A stretch of DNA of 63,119 nt, counting the filler, from Chiloscyllium plagiosum (lineage: Eukaryota), in NCBI RefSeq assembly GCF_004010195.1. It is 5 parts of one record of this genome, joined end to end, with 100 filler letters (N's around TTAATTAATTAA, not from the genome) between each part and the next. Parts side by side here need not be neighbours in the genome. Positions count along the whole stretch, not along the records: positions 16,031 to 38,669 come from NC_057710.1; 4 more parts are not named here. One strand, 5' to 3'. The notes under the pieces are model-generated. The model saw nothing but the letters and a program-made list of their open reading frames with translations, was not told the origin of the DNA and ran no database searches. The position numbers and the translations under genes are program-made. Positions 25,640 to 38,396 of the stretch are shown in pieces (position 1 is the stretch's first letter; every line of letters starts with the position of its first letter).

Positions 25640-26545
25640 GAGTCATGAGATCCAAAATATGGGATTTTACTTCATTTTCGTTCCTTCTGTGGCACTGCTA
25701 TGCCCCATAAGGAAGATGTTGGAATTCAAACTGTGAGGCAGCAAAATTAACAGATTTTTGCCTTTTTGAGCAATTGTAGCAAGTTCCTCCTCACATGATC
25801 TATCATTTGAAGATAGCTGCAGTGTCATTGTCCACTCTGCACTGATTTGCAAATCATTCTTCTTTAAATGTGTTCGCAGTAGACTTGGCGTATTCTTAAA
25901 AATTGTCAACGCTAAACTCATAGCAGCCCACACCTAGTCAGCCTGGTACTCCACTTCTGTCAAAAGATGATCATTGACTGGGCTGTCCGGCAGTGGATTA
26001 GCTGTGCCAGATCAGTCTTCTACCAAACACCAAGTTTTTGACAACGAAGACCTCCAAAAGTTCGGCAAGTCTAATTATACAAAATGGTCTGGTCACCACA
26101 CTTGCACTCCACTTACAGCAGGTCTGTGCATGAATGACATGTAAAGAGCCAAGAGAAATTCTATCAGCCATGCCTCCACTGCATTGCCTGGATTCAGTGC
26201 AAAGATCATCAAACAAAAGCGAGTGGCCTCTTGAAGCGAGTTCTCAAGAATCAGGCAAACTCCTTCAAAGTTTTTTTCAGTGGATTGGAGACTGTCCAGT
26301 TGGCAAAAAAAACGCCTTCACCATTGTCAGGTCCACTTCTCTCAACTTTAAAATGGTTTTTGTTTCAGAGGAGGACAAAGAAAACACTTCAAAGCTGCTC
26401 ATTAAAGTGATAGCATTAACTGTATTCACCCATTCTCAAATACAGTCTCCACGCTTTGATGACTATTTGTCGATGGTTCATGCTGACTTGAATATTTTTC
26501 ATTCACGGCACATAGATATCCCTGACTGGGTGAGGATTGATTGCC
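25640..26545 (+). mobile_element. Possible highly decayed hAT (Charlie/ZBED5-like) transposase remnant
   Basis: Weak resemblance only: DYLSMVHADL..IDIPDWV at the 3' end and CLHCI upstream recall hAT/FAM200-type segments. Confidence 0.3.
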
Positions 26546-26954
26546 CATTCCTAATTGCTCTTGGTAAGGTGGTGGTAAGCTGCCTTCTTGAACTGCTACA
26601 GTTTGTGTGGTGTCAGTAAATCTGCTGTGATGTGAGGGTGGGAGTTCTCAGATTAAGACTCAGTGTCAGGACAGGAACAGTATATATTTCCGAGTCAGGA
26701 TGGAATGTGATTTGGAAGGAACGTGCAGATGGTGGTGTTCCTATGCATCTGCTGTCTATGATTTTCTAGATGGCAGAGACTAGGAATTTGAAATATACTG
26801 TCAGAGGAATCTTGTTGCATTACTGCAGTGCATTGTGTTGATAGCACATACTGCTGCTACTTTGTGTGGCGAAGGGCAGAAATGTTAGAGGTGGTGGAGG
26901 GGTGCTAGTCGAGTGATCTGCTTTGTCTTGGATGATATCCAATTTCTTGAGCAT

Positions 26955-27875
26955 AAAGTCCTACAATTGTACAGCACGGAAACAGACCCTTCAGTCAAAC
27001 TTGTCCATGCTGACCAGGTATACTAAATTAATTTACTCCCACTTGCCAACATTTGGCCTGTATCTATCTAAACACTTCCTATTTATGTTCCTATCTAAAT
27101 GCCTTTTAAATGTTGTAATTCTACCAGCCTCCACCACTTTTTCTGGCAGCTCATTCCATACGTGCACCACAGTCTGTGTGAAAAAGCTGCCCCTTAGGTC
27201 TCTTAAATCATTCCCCTCTCGCCTTAAACCTACGCCATCTAGTTTTTGGGCTCCCCTACCTTGGGGCAAAAAAAACCTTCGGTATTCACCCTACCCATGC
27301 TCCAATTAATTCTGTAAACTTCTATAGGTCACCACTCTGCTTCTGATACTGCAGGGAAAATAGCCTTTACCTGTTCAGCCTCTCTCTAAAACTCAAACTG
27401 TCTAACCTCAGCAATATCCTTGTACATCTTCTCTGCACACTTTCAAGTTTATCAATGTTTCCTATAATAGGGAGACCTGAATTGAACACAGTATTCCAAA
27501 AGTAGCCTAACTAATTCCCTGTAGAGCCACAACGTGACTTCTCAACTCCTCAAAGCACTGACCAATAAAGGCATGTGTACCAAGTGTGTTTTTCGCTACC
27601 TGTGACTCCACCTTCAAGGAACTATGAACCTGCACCCCAAGGTCTCTTTATTCAGCAACACTCCATAGGACCTTACCATTAAGTGAATAAGTCCTGCTCT
27701 GATTTGCCTGCCCAAAATGCAACACCTCACATTTCTCTAAATCAAATTGTCTCTGCTGCTCCTCGGCCTATCGGCCCATCTGATCAATGTTCCGTTCTTC
27801 ACTGTGCATGACACCACCAATTTTGGTATCATCTGCAAATTTACTAACCATTACTCTTCGATTCACATCCAAAAG
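26955..27875 (-). mobile_element. CR1 LINE 3' part
   Basis: FFTQTVVHVWNELPEKVVEAGRITTFKRHLD; SKFADDTK at ~27820-27845. Confidence 0.88.
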
Positions 27876-29242
27876 AGCTGCACTCATCCAAGCACGTAGG
27901 GAGTGTTCTCTTCTGATTTCTACATTATAGATGGTGGAAAGCACTGGGGAAAAGGGAGATGAGAGATTTAAGGATATTTAAGAATTAACCAGATACAGTC
28001 TGACCTTCTTGTGTAGCCATGTATTTATATGGCTAGTTTAATTCAGTTTCTGGTCAATGGTAACCCATAGGATGCTCTAAGTGGGAGATTCAGTGATACT
28101 AATACCACTGAGTATTAAGGGTCAATTTAATCTCTGCAAGCACTATCTGGTTGCCTCTCCAACCGATACTGTAATGTACAGACATGTGGTGCAACAGTTC
28201 CTCAGTCCTGCTGAGGATACGGTTAAGTGGATATTTCTCTCTTGTGGGTTTCTTTGACTCCTGTTACAGAACTTTCTAGCAGCTATGTTATTTAGGAGTT
28301 GGCCAGCTTTGCCAGTTACTGCCATTCTTACAATGGGCACTCAACTCCTCTACCAAGAGTATATTCTGTGCTATTGCAACCCTTGGAGTACTGATGCATC
28401 AGCCAAGGGGAATCGTAAATCGGGGGATGTCTCCTTGCCATGTTTGACCTGATGCCATAAGATTTCACAGAATATGGAGTCAATGATGATTCCCAGCCCA
28501 TTTCCTTACAGACCATATACTGCTGTGTGAACACCTCTGCTGCATCAGTCATGCATTTAGAACATGACATCAGGAGGAACGATAGTAGCGGTGTCTGGGA
28601 CATTTTCAATGAGATGTACTTCTGAGTGTATGACCACTTCTGAATCTCTCACAATCAGCATCCTATGGGTTACCCTTGACCAGAAAATAAACTAGACTAG
28701 TCATATAATTAAATGACCATGCAAGAAGGTTTGACACAAGGAATTCTGCATCACTCACCTCCCTTCACCACAGTGCCTTCCACCATCTACAATATAGAAG
28801 TCAGGAGAGAATACTTCCCATGTGTCTGGATGAGTGCAATTCTTCTGATGTCAATGTCTGAGGAATGGTCAGGCTATTATTTCACTCGTCTATGGGAAGC
28901 TTTTCAAATTTTATAGCAAGTGATCAGATACTGCAAAGGAGGACATTGCAGGAGTAACAGGGATGCATTTGCCTTTGCTATTTCTGATCCAAAGGTCAAG
29001 ATGGTACTTCTGCTTTTGTCCTTTCTTTAGACTTGCTGCTAGTTTGTTACAACTGCTTGGCTTGTTATGCCTTTTCTCGGGGTATTTAAGGATTAACCAA
29101 ATTAATGTAGGCTTCGACTCACGTCGGCTGGTAAGGATGACACATTTCCTTCTGTAGAGGATATTAGTGAATCTGATGGCTGCTTCCAAAAAATGACAGT
29201 GTTAACATTGACTATATTAGACTATAGTCTTGAATATAGTCT

Positions 29243-29338
29243 ATAAAACTTGAATTCAAAGTTAATCTAATATTAGTCTATATTAGACTATAGTCTAATA
29301 TAGACTAATATTAGACTAACTTTGAATTCAAGTTTTAT
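29243..29338. repeat. 96-bp near-perfect AT-rich palindrome (no spacer)
   Basis: 48-bp arms centred at 29290/29291 with one mismatch. Confidence 0.95.
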
Positions 29339-29369
29339 TGAATTCTGCCACAGTTGGATTATATGGATA

Positions 29370-31120
29370 CATAAATGTTTACAATGCAGAAGGAGCCCAT
29401 TCGGCCCATTGTGATTGAATCAGTCAACAAAGATCTGATAGACTAATCTCATTTTCCAGTTCTTGGCCCATAGCCCTGGAGGCTATAGCCACCCAAATCC
29501 TGTTCAAATGTTATGAGTTCCTGACTCAACTACCCTTTCAGCCATTGAAATCTAAACCCAGCAAAAAATTATCTTTAACTCCCCTGTTACTATTTTACTT
29601 ACCTTTTAAACTTATGACCCCTATTTAATGAACCCTCCAGGATTGAGAAAAGTACCTATCCAACCAACTTAGCAATGCCACGCATAATCGTACACAACTC
29701 CACAGGTCTCCTCTCAAAATTTTGATTTTCCAAGGAAAACAACCAAAGCCTGTTCAGACTTCCCTCAGACTGATTAAGCTTAGATTTATTCAGCCCAAGC
29801 AGGATCCTGGTAAATCTCCTCTGCAAATTTTCTAGTGTAATCGCATCCTTCCTAATGTGGTGAGTAGATCTGCACACAGTACACCAGTTGTGACCTAACC
29901 AGCGTTTTATATAATTCCAGTAGAATCTTTCTAGTTTGTCTTAAAAAAAAGGCAAATATCACGTAAGCCTGTTTAACCACTGTCTTCCCTGTGTAATAGA
30001 TCAGGCCAAACACCCTCAAAAATATTAAGAAAATAACCTAGACCCAACTTCTTTTAAAAGCAAGTGCCAGATATTGCATTCTAGGTGCAATTCGATTGGT
30101 CAAACTATGAGTCTTGAAGCAAAACATACTTTATTCATACACTATTGTTAAAAGAGAAGAAAAGAAAGAAGAAATTGGAATAACATAAATCTATTGGAAA
30201 ACTTAACAGAATAATAGATTATTTCACTACTAAAAGCTATCTGTTCCAATGTAGTAACATCCCATAAACACGGCCTTGGCAAAGACAAATTCAGTCAAAT
30301 AGATTATCTCGCATTCAATTCTCTAGTCTGGAGGAAAACTTCGAGAGAAAGAGCGATTAGCAAGTAGAGATGTACTACAGCTTCCAAACCCAGCTTGAAA
30401 ATCCTAACAACTTCGACTGAGAGACTGAAACTAAAACTAAAAATCCTGACTCTGGGGAAGCATGACTGCACTCATTCTAACTTAAAAAGAAACCAAAGGC
30501 CACCAGCTGTTTACTTTATTGGATTCAAACAGACAGGTCATCCCCTCTGTCTTAAAACTTCTCTTCAAAAAAGGACAAAATTCACCTCTTGAAACCACAG
30601 CCTCATCACATCTGCTATCTTAAGGGATGTGTGGATGTGCAGGCATTGTATCTCAGATCTTCTGTATTTTTAATGGAACTGCCACTTATGGTGCATTTAT
30701 TTCTTGCCTTGCTAACCCTCTTCAAGAGCATCACTCACACATTTTCAGTTAAATTCTATTTGCCATTGTTCTATCCGCCTAATAATTCCATAGAAACTCT
30801 CCTTACAGTTTAGAGCTATCATCCTCACTGTTTAACACCTGATCAATTTTTCTCTCAGCCACAAGTTTCTTGTTCTTACCCCTTGCCTTTAAGTCCAAAT
30901 CATTAAGATACAGAATAAAAAGCAAGGTCCCATGACTGAGCCCTGCAGATCCAATGTGTCACTTTACCTTGGATCCTATGCACTCTTACTTTCTTGACCA
31001 GTCTGCCATCAGAGACCTGAACAAAAATCCATATAGACAGTATAAAATGCATTAGTCTTTAACATGCCTGGTTACTTCCTGGTAGATTTTGATCAAATTT
31101 GCTTTATTTGCTGACTCTTT
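29370..31120 (-). mobile_element. Degenerate CR1 LINE split by a solo LTR
   Basis: IRKDAITLENLQRRFTRIL (29656-29877); LINE resumes after 30610. Confidence 0.7.
29992..30610 (-). mobile_element. Probable solo LTR, related to 7344-7978
   Basis: TGTAAT...TCACA ends; start (AGATCAGGCCAAACACCCTCAAAA..CCTAGACC) resembles the 7344 element; interrupts a CR1. Confidence 0.55.
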
Positions 31121-32914
31121 AAGATATCCATGTTGTAGATCCAAACTGCAGTAAGAGAGCAAGATCCAGGATTTTGACCCAGTGGTCCTGAAAAAACAGC
31201 AGGATATTTCCCAAGTCAGGATCGTGAGGGTCTTGGAGGGGAATTTGCAAGTGGCAGTGTTCCCATGCATTTGCCGCCATTGGCCTTTATAAATGGAAGA
31301 TGTTGTGCATTTGGCAGGCACTTTCTAAAGGACCTTGGTGAAGTTCTGCAGTGTGAGTTGTGGATGGTATATATCATTGTTGCTGATTGTGGGTGAATGT
31401 TTGTGGATGTGATGCCAGTCAGGCAAGCTGTTTTGTCCTGGATGATTTTGCGTGAAGCTTCAAGTTGGAGCTGTACTCATCCAGATATATGCAATGTATT
31501 CCATCACACTCCTGACTTGTGTCTTGTAGATAATGGATAAACTTTGGGGGTTAAGTGATGAGTTACTCGCTGCACGATTCCTGGCCTCTGTCCTGCTCTT
31601 GTAGCCATAGTATTTAAGTCGCTAGTCTAGTTCAATTTCTGGTCAATGGTAATCCCCACAATGTTGATAGTTGGGGATTCAATAATAGTAATGCCATTGA
31701 ATGTCAAGGGCCACTGGGTAGATTCTATCTGGAGATGGTCAGTGCCTAGCACCTGTGCTTATTGTTTGCAACTTATCTATCCGAACCTGCATCTTGTCCA
31801 GATCTTGCTGCATTTGGACATTTGGGTGATGAATGATACTGATCATTATGCAAGTATCAGTGAGTACTTCCACTTCTGACCTTATGATAGAGAGAAGGTC
31901 ATTAATGTAGTAGTTGAAAATAGTTGGACCTCGACCCTGAGAAATAGCTGTCACTCTCACCTCACCTCTTTGCCAGTATTTGGCTGTTATGAATTCAGGA
32001 AATTAGTGACCCTGGCAGAACTCAAACTGAGTGTCAAAATAGCAGGTTGTTATTAAGCAGCTGTTGCTCCTGTTACGGATGATCTGGAGTAAACCGGAGC
32101 AGTAATTGGAGATACCTGGGCAATTTTGCACATTTTCAGGTCGGTGGTAGTGTTGTTGCTGCGGATGAACAGTTTGGCTAGGGATGTGGCAAGTTCTGGA
32201 GATAATGACATTTTCAGTGCAATCACCTTGAATGTTGAGGGAGGGGCAAGACTGGCAACTCAACATTGTGGGATTTAGGATATTCGGGCAGGATAGGGAC
32301 GGTGTGAAAGAGGAGGTGGTGTCACATTAATAATTAAGGAGTCAGTTACTACAGTAAGGATTAACGATACCCTGAAAAAAGTCTTTAAAGGGTCCAAAGG
32401 AGAGCTTTTGAGAAAAAAGGGAAGATAGACTGCTCGGCATCAATTATAGACCCCCAAATAGAAAACAGATATGTAGACACTCCACTGTGTAAAAGCAATA
32501 ATAGAACAATTATATTTGGAGATTTTAAATTCCCCAACATTAATTAGAATAGCCACAGAGTGAATGGGCAGATTTCTTGAAATGTATTCAAAGAGCTTTT
32601 TACAGTTCTAACTGAAGTTGACAGCTACTTCTCAGTAAGTTGACAGTAGTACATTGGGGCCATTGAAAATAGAATTGGAGACTGTATATGCCCAACAGAG
32701 AGTGAAATGTAGGAGCCACAAGCCCAGAGAATCCTAAATGTCTAGAAACCATCAGGATTAGATAAGAAGGAAAAGAGATGTTTAATGAGGTGCAAAGGGA
32801 GTTCATCAACAGAGCTCTTCATGGAGTTTAGAAAGCACAGTGGTGAACTAAAGAGAGCAATTAAGAGAACAAAGAGGGCATATGAAAACACACTGGCCTG
32901 TAGGAGTAGGGAGA

Positions 32915-34985
32915 ACTAAATCAGAAACAAAAGCAGAAATTTCTGGCAAAGGTCAGCAAATCTGGCAAATTTTGTGAAAAGTAAGCAGAATTGACGTTTC
33001 AGATCTGGTAACCCTTTTTCAGACTGATTGTAGCTAAGAAAAGGTTGGTACATATTGTAATGAAGGGATTGAGGGAGGGGGAAGGAGTAAACGATAGGTG
33101 CAGATAGATCCTTGAGAGAGTGGCATACAGTCGCACAGTCAAAGGCATGGGTAAAGGTGTGCCTGAGAGAATGTAAAATGGGGACTATTGATGGCTGATA
33201 ATTGGTTGTTTGTCGTAGCAGTCCATTTGGTGACAAGGCCTGGTTGTGGGGGTTAGGGTAAGGTCATGAGAGAACATGCTCAGGCTCTTGATATTGAGAC
33301 CAGAAAGTTGCGGGGTTCCCAAGCGGAAAATGAGGTGTTGTTCTTCCAACTTACGCTTAGCTTTGCTAGAGCAATGCAGCAAAGCCCAAGACAGAAATAT
33401 TGGCGAAGGAACATGGTAATGTGTTGAAATGGCAGGCAGCTGGAACCTGAGGATCATTTTTGTCGGCAGGCTTAGGTGTTCTGCAGAGCAGTCGCCCATC
33501 TATGCAATGTAGAGGAGACCACATTGTGAGAAGTGAATACAATAGACTAGATTGAGTGAAGTGCAGGTAAATTGCTGCTTCAGCCAGAAGATGTGTGTCC
33601 AGGACCTTGGATAGTGAGGAGGGAGGAATTAAACAGGCAGGTGTTACACTTTCTGCAATTGCATGGGAAGGTGCCCTATGATAAGATGTTGGGAGGAGTG
33701 GACCATGGTGTCCTGAAGGGAACAGTCCTTCTGGAATGCTGACAGGGGAGGGAAGGGGAATATATGTCTGGTGACATTTCTGCTGGAGGTAGTGGAAATT
33801 GAGGCTAATGATCAATTGGATGTGGATGCTGATGGAATGGTAGGTGTGGATGAAGGGGCCCTATCGTTTTTGTGAGGGAAGAGGGGGGTGAGGTCTGAAG
33901 TATGGAGAATGAGTACGACACAGCTGAGGACCTTGCACCCACAGCAGCGGGGAATCGTTAGTTGAAGAAGAAGGTGGACATTGGGGAGGACCCTTTGTCA
34001 AAATTGGCATCCCCACACAGGTGCAACACAGATGGAGGAAATGAGAGAATTGAATAGAGTCTTTACAGGAAGAAGGTGCAAGCATGTATAATCGAGGTGA
34101 CTGTGGGAGTGAGTGGCTTAGTAGTGGATATTGGTGGCCATCCTATACCCAGAAAGGAAAACAAATGTCGAGGAAGAGAGCAGTCCGAGATGGACCTGGT
34201 GAAGATGACGTCTGTTGAAATTGGAAGTGCAGTCGATAAACTTTTCCACTTCAGCACGAGAAAGGAAAGCAGCACTGACGATGTCATTGATATACTGGTG
34301 AGAGAGTTGTGGCTGGGTCCAGAGTAGGACTGGAACAAGGGATATTCCACTTACCCCTCAAAGAGACAGGCATCACTGGGGCCAATGTGGGTACCCTTGG
34401 CCACATCTTTGACTTCAAGAATGTGTGAGGAGTTAAAACAGAAGTTGTTCAGAATGAGGACGAGCTCAACCAGGCAGAGAAGTATGATGGCATATTGCAA
34501 TGGTTCAGGCCTTTTTTCCAGGATGAAGCAAAGAGTCCTAAGACCTTCCTGATGGGGAATGGACAAGTTGACGGATTGCATAAAGAGGAGGCGGCTGAAG
34601 CCCACAAACTGGAAATTCTGAAACTGATGTGAAGTATCAGAAGAATTGCAGTCTAAGTGGGAAGGAACTGGACAAGGGGAGAAAAAAATCAACTCGAGGT
34701 AGGAAGAGTTGAGTTCTGTGGGGCAGGAGCAGTGGGTCTGCCTGGGAAGTCCTGTTTGTGGACTTTGGGGAACACGTAGATGTGGGCTGTGCTGGGTTGG
34801 AAAGCTATGAGCTTGGAGGGAGATCACCAGATGAAACGTATGGCGGTGACAATTGTGGATAGAGTGGTCGAGTGTTCTGTGGTGCGGTCATGATCGGGGG
34901 AGATAGGAGGACGTATCAGTGAGCTGGTGCTCAACCTCCACAAGGTAGAAGCCAGGAAGCCATGCATCAACAGAACCATCCTTTG
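32915..34985 (-). mobile_element. Decayed Penelope-like retroelement (RT, GIY-YIG, pLTR)
   Basis: NNFCFNSSHILEVKDVAKGTHIGPS (PLE RT motif); RKLEEQHLIFRLGTPQLSGLN (GIY-YIG C-terminus); degenerate hammerhead core at ~32993-33022. Confidence 0.85.
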
Positions 34986-35097
34986 CCTAGCTACAATTGG
35001 TTCTTAAGAAGGGTCACTGAACACAAAACATTAACTCAACATCTATGGAGAGAAAGCAATCAGACCTGCTGACCTTCTCCAGCAATTTCTGATTTTG

Positions 35098-36575
35098 TAC
35101 TGTGTACAGTTCCGGCCCCTGCCCTATAGGCAAGATGTGATTGCATTGGAGGGGGTTCAGAGGAGATTCATCAGGATGTTGCCTGGAATGAGCATTTTAG
35201 CTGTGAGGAATCATAGAGTCAGAGTACAGCATGGAAACAGACCCTTCGATCCAACCCGTCCATGCCGACCAGATATCCCATCCCAATCTAGTCCCACCTG
35301 CCAGCACCTGGCCCATATCCCTCCAAACCCTTCCTATTCATATACCCATCCAAATGCCTCTTAAATGTCGCAATTGTACCAGCCTCCACCACATCCTCTG
35401 GCAGCTCATTCCATACGCGTCCCACCCTCTGTGTGAAAAAGTTGCTCCTTAGGTTTCTTGTATATCTTTCCTCTCTCACTCTAAACCTATGGCCTCTAGT
35501 TCTGAACTCCCTGACCCCAGGGAAAAGACTTTGCCTATTTACTTTATCCATGCTCCTCATAATTTTGTAAAACTCTATAAGGTCACCCCTCAGCCTCCAA
35601 TGCTCCAGGGAAAACAGGCCCAGCCTGTTCAGCCTCTCCCTATAGCTCAAATCCTCCAACCCTGGCAACATCCTTGTAAATCTTTTCTGAACCCTTTCAA
35701 GTTTCACAACATCTTTCCGATAGGAAGGAGACCAGAATTGCACGCAATATTCCAACAGTGGCCTAACCAATGTCCTGTACAGCCGCAACATGATCTCCCA
35801 ACCCGTGTACTCAATACTCTGACCGATAAAGGAAAGCATACCAAGTGCCTTCTTCATTATCGTATATCTGCGAATCCATTTTCAAGGAGCTATGAACCAA
35901 CACTCCAAGGTCTCTTTGTTTAGCAACACTCCCTAGGACCTTACCATTAAGTGTATAAGTCCTGCTAAAATTTGCTTTCCCAAAATGTAGCACTTCGCAT
36001 TTATCTGAATTAAACTCCACCTGCCACTTCTCAGCCCATTGGCCCATCTGGTCAAGATCCTTTGTAATCTGAGGTAACACTCTTTGCTGTCCACTACACC
36101 TCCAACTTTGGTGTTATCTGTAAACTTACTAACTGTACCTCTTATGCTCACATCCTGGATAACTTCAGGTTGTTTTCTTTAGAGCAGAGAAGGTTGCAAG
36201 ATGACCTGATTTAGGTGTATAAGATTTGAGGTGCATGGACAGAGTAGATAGGAAGCAGCTATCCCCCTGAGTTGAAGGATGAATAAGAAGGGGTTATAGT
36301 TTTATGGTGCAAAGCTAGAGGGTCAGAGGGGATTTGAGGACATTTTTTTTCATCCAGCAGAGAGGTGGTAGGATTCTGGAATGCCCTGTGTAGAAAATTA
36401 GTTGAGGCAGGCAACCTCAAAACATTTAAAAGGTATTTGGATAAGTACTTAAAATGTCATAACATGCAAGGCTACGGCTGAAACATTGGAAAATTGGACT
36501 AGCACAGACTTCGGGGTTTTTTTGGTGCAGACTTGATGGGCCAGAGGGCCTCTTCTATACTGTTTTATTCTATGA
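35098..36575 (+). mobile_element. Old CR1 3' end interrupted by a younger CR1
   Basis: YCVQFRPLPYRQDVIALEGVQRRFIRMLPG at 35098-35205; continues at ~36155-36575. Confidence 0.75.
35210..36154 (-). mobile_element. CR1/HER1 LINE 3' part
   Basis: 189-aa ORF LYRTLVRPLLEYCVQFWSP..RGDLIEFYKIM..FFTQRVGRVWNELP. Confidence 0.93.
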
Positions 36576-36982
36576 GACCCATTCAACTTGTACATATCTC
36601 AATGCCTGACAAATGTAAAGCCTTTCCTCCTGGCTTGCTCTCCAGCACCTTCATCTGTTTTATCATTCTCTTCTTATGTGGAAGAGAATAGCAATCCAGA
36701 GGTTGCAACTTTTGAAGCCCTGCTTTTCATTTTGCTGTTTTCACCCTCCTGGTTCTGAATGCCCTGAAACCATTTTGTGACATCCTTAACCCTGGCACCT
36801 AGGAGGCAACATACCATTCTGGAGTTACTTTTTGGACTGAACAAACACCTGTGTACTCCCAAAACCAACAAATCCTGGACCATGAGTGCCCTGATACATT
36901 TCTTCCTTCCCCCGTTGAACATAGGAACCACCCATACTGCCATGGCCTTGGATCTGGCTGGATTTGTCAGAGAAACCAGTAC

Positions 36983-37470
36983 TGTTATGACATGGGGTAA
37001 ACCCCTCTGCTAATTTAAATCAGCAACACAGAAAAGATTCGCCCAATGCTATAATCTGTTAAAATTTGAGAGGCAAAGAGCTATCCCAAAAGTCACGATT
37101 TAAAATAAAAATTAACAACATTATTTCTTTAAGTCTGACAGAGAATATTAACTAACAACTACTTACAGCTCCTTTTTCTTAAACTTATCTTTTACCTCCC
37201 CCCTACAATACAAATCCAATAAAACTCCTGATTATGATTTACAAAAAAAATCACGTTTCAAAACCAGGCAGCTTTGCCGAGTGTCCTCTAGATTTTCGTC
37301 TGTTCTCTTTTCTTCTTCTGAGGGATTCTGCTTCACAGGTCTTTGTTAGATAAAGGTACCTTTTAGAGAGCAGATCTTTCTGCAAGCAATCTCTCTTGTC
37401 GTTGCTAGCTACTCTTTGCCGCTCTGGGTAACTGTTCAAAATGCCTGATATTTATAACCCAAAATATTGG
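36983..37470 (-). mobile_element. Possible LTR fragment
   Basis: Begins TGTTATGACA like the 7344 element; non-coding; truncated by a CR1 tail at 37473. Confidence 0.4.
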
Positions 37471-37472
37471 AT

Positions 37473-37690
37473 CATAGAACATAGAACATAGAAGAATACA
37501 GCGCAGTACAGGCCCTTTGGCCCTCGATGTTGCGCCGATCCAAGCCCACCTAACCTACACTAGCCCACTATCCTCCATATGCCTATCCAATGCACGTTTA
37601 AATGCCCATAATGAAGGAGAGTCCACCACTGCTACTGGCAGGGCATTCCATGAACTCACGACTCGCTGAGTAAAGAATCTACCCCTAACA
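37473..37690 (-). mobile_element. CR1 LINE 3' terminus
   Basis: (AGAACAT)n tail followed by ACAGGCCCTTTGGCCC and WNALP-coding sequence on the minus strand. Confidence 0.8.
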
Positions 37691-38017
37691 TCGTTTCACC
37701 ATATTTCCCACACTACCATGACTTCACCTTATTCACTATTGCTTTGGAATTTCCTGGGATCATGAAAGGTTTTACATAAATGCAATTTTTTTTTTATTGG
37801 GCACAATACAGCATGCATGTGTTAGCAATGGACTCATCTCACCTCCACAGCCAGGGTGTTTCGGCAGCATCATTCCAAGCCTGTAAATCACAAGATATCA
37901 ATGTTTATTCTCAGTCAGGTTTGAACTTGAAGGAGAAAATCTGTTAGTTTATGGAGTCTTGACAACTTGGAAAGTTTATGGCTTCCAGACCAAAATGTAG
38001 ATATTTTAAGCCAGTGT

Positions 38018-38302
38018 GATTAGATTAGATTCCCTACAGTGTGGAAACAGGCCCTTCAGCCCAACAAGTCCACACCAAATTTTCCAACCCACCCAGACCC
38101 ATTCCCCTACTCCCTACGAATGCATCTATCACTATGGGCAATTTAGCATGGCCATTCACCTGACCTTTGGACTGTGGGAGGAAACCCATGCAGACACAGG
38201 GAGAATGTGCAAACTCCACACAGACGGTCACCTGAAGCTGGAATCGAACCCGGGTCCCTGGCGCTGCGAGGCAGCAGTGGTAATCACTGAGCCACCGTGC
38301 CA
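38018..38302 (-). mobile_element. Full-length HE1-type tRNA-derived V-SINE
   Basis: Minus strand: GGCACGGTGGCTCAGTG (A box)...GGGTTCGATTCC (B box), V-domain, LINE tail ending (ATCTA)n. Confidence 0.9.
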
Positions 38303-38396
38303 TAATAATAGCTCAATCCAATGTCGATTTTATTTTGGTGACTGAGAATCCTTCGATCACAGTGGTTTACAGTTTGATTGGCTGCTTATGAAACCG

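Noticed and set aside
38230..38302. tRNA gene
   Set aside because: A/B boxes belong to the tRNA-derived head of a V-SINE; no complete cloverleaf
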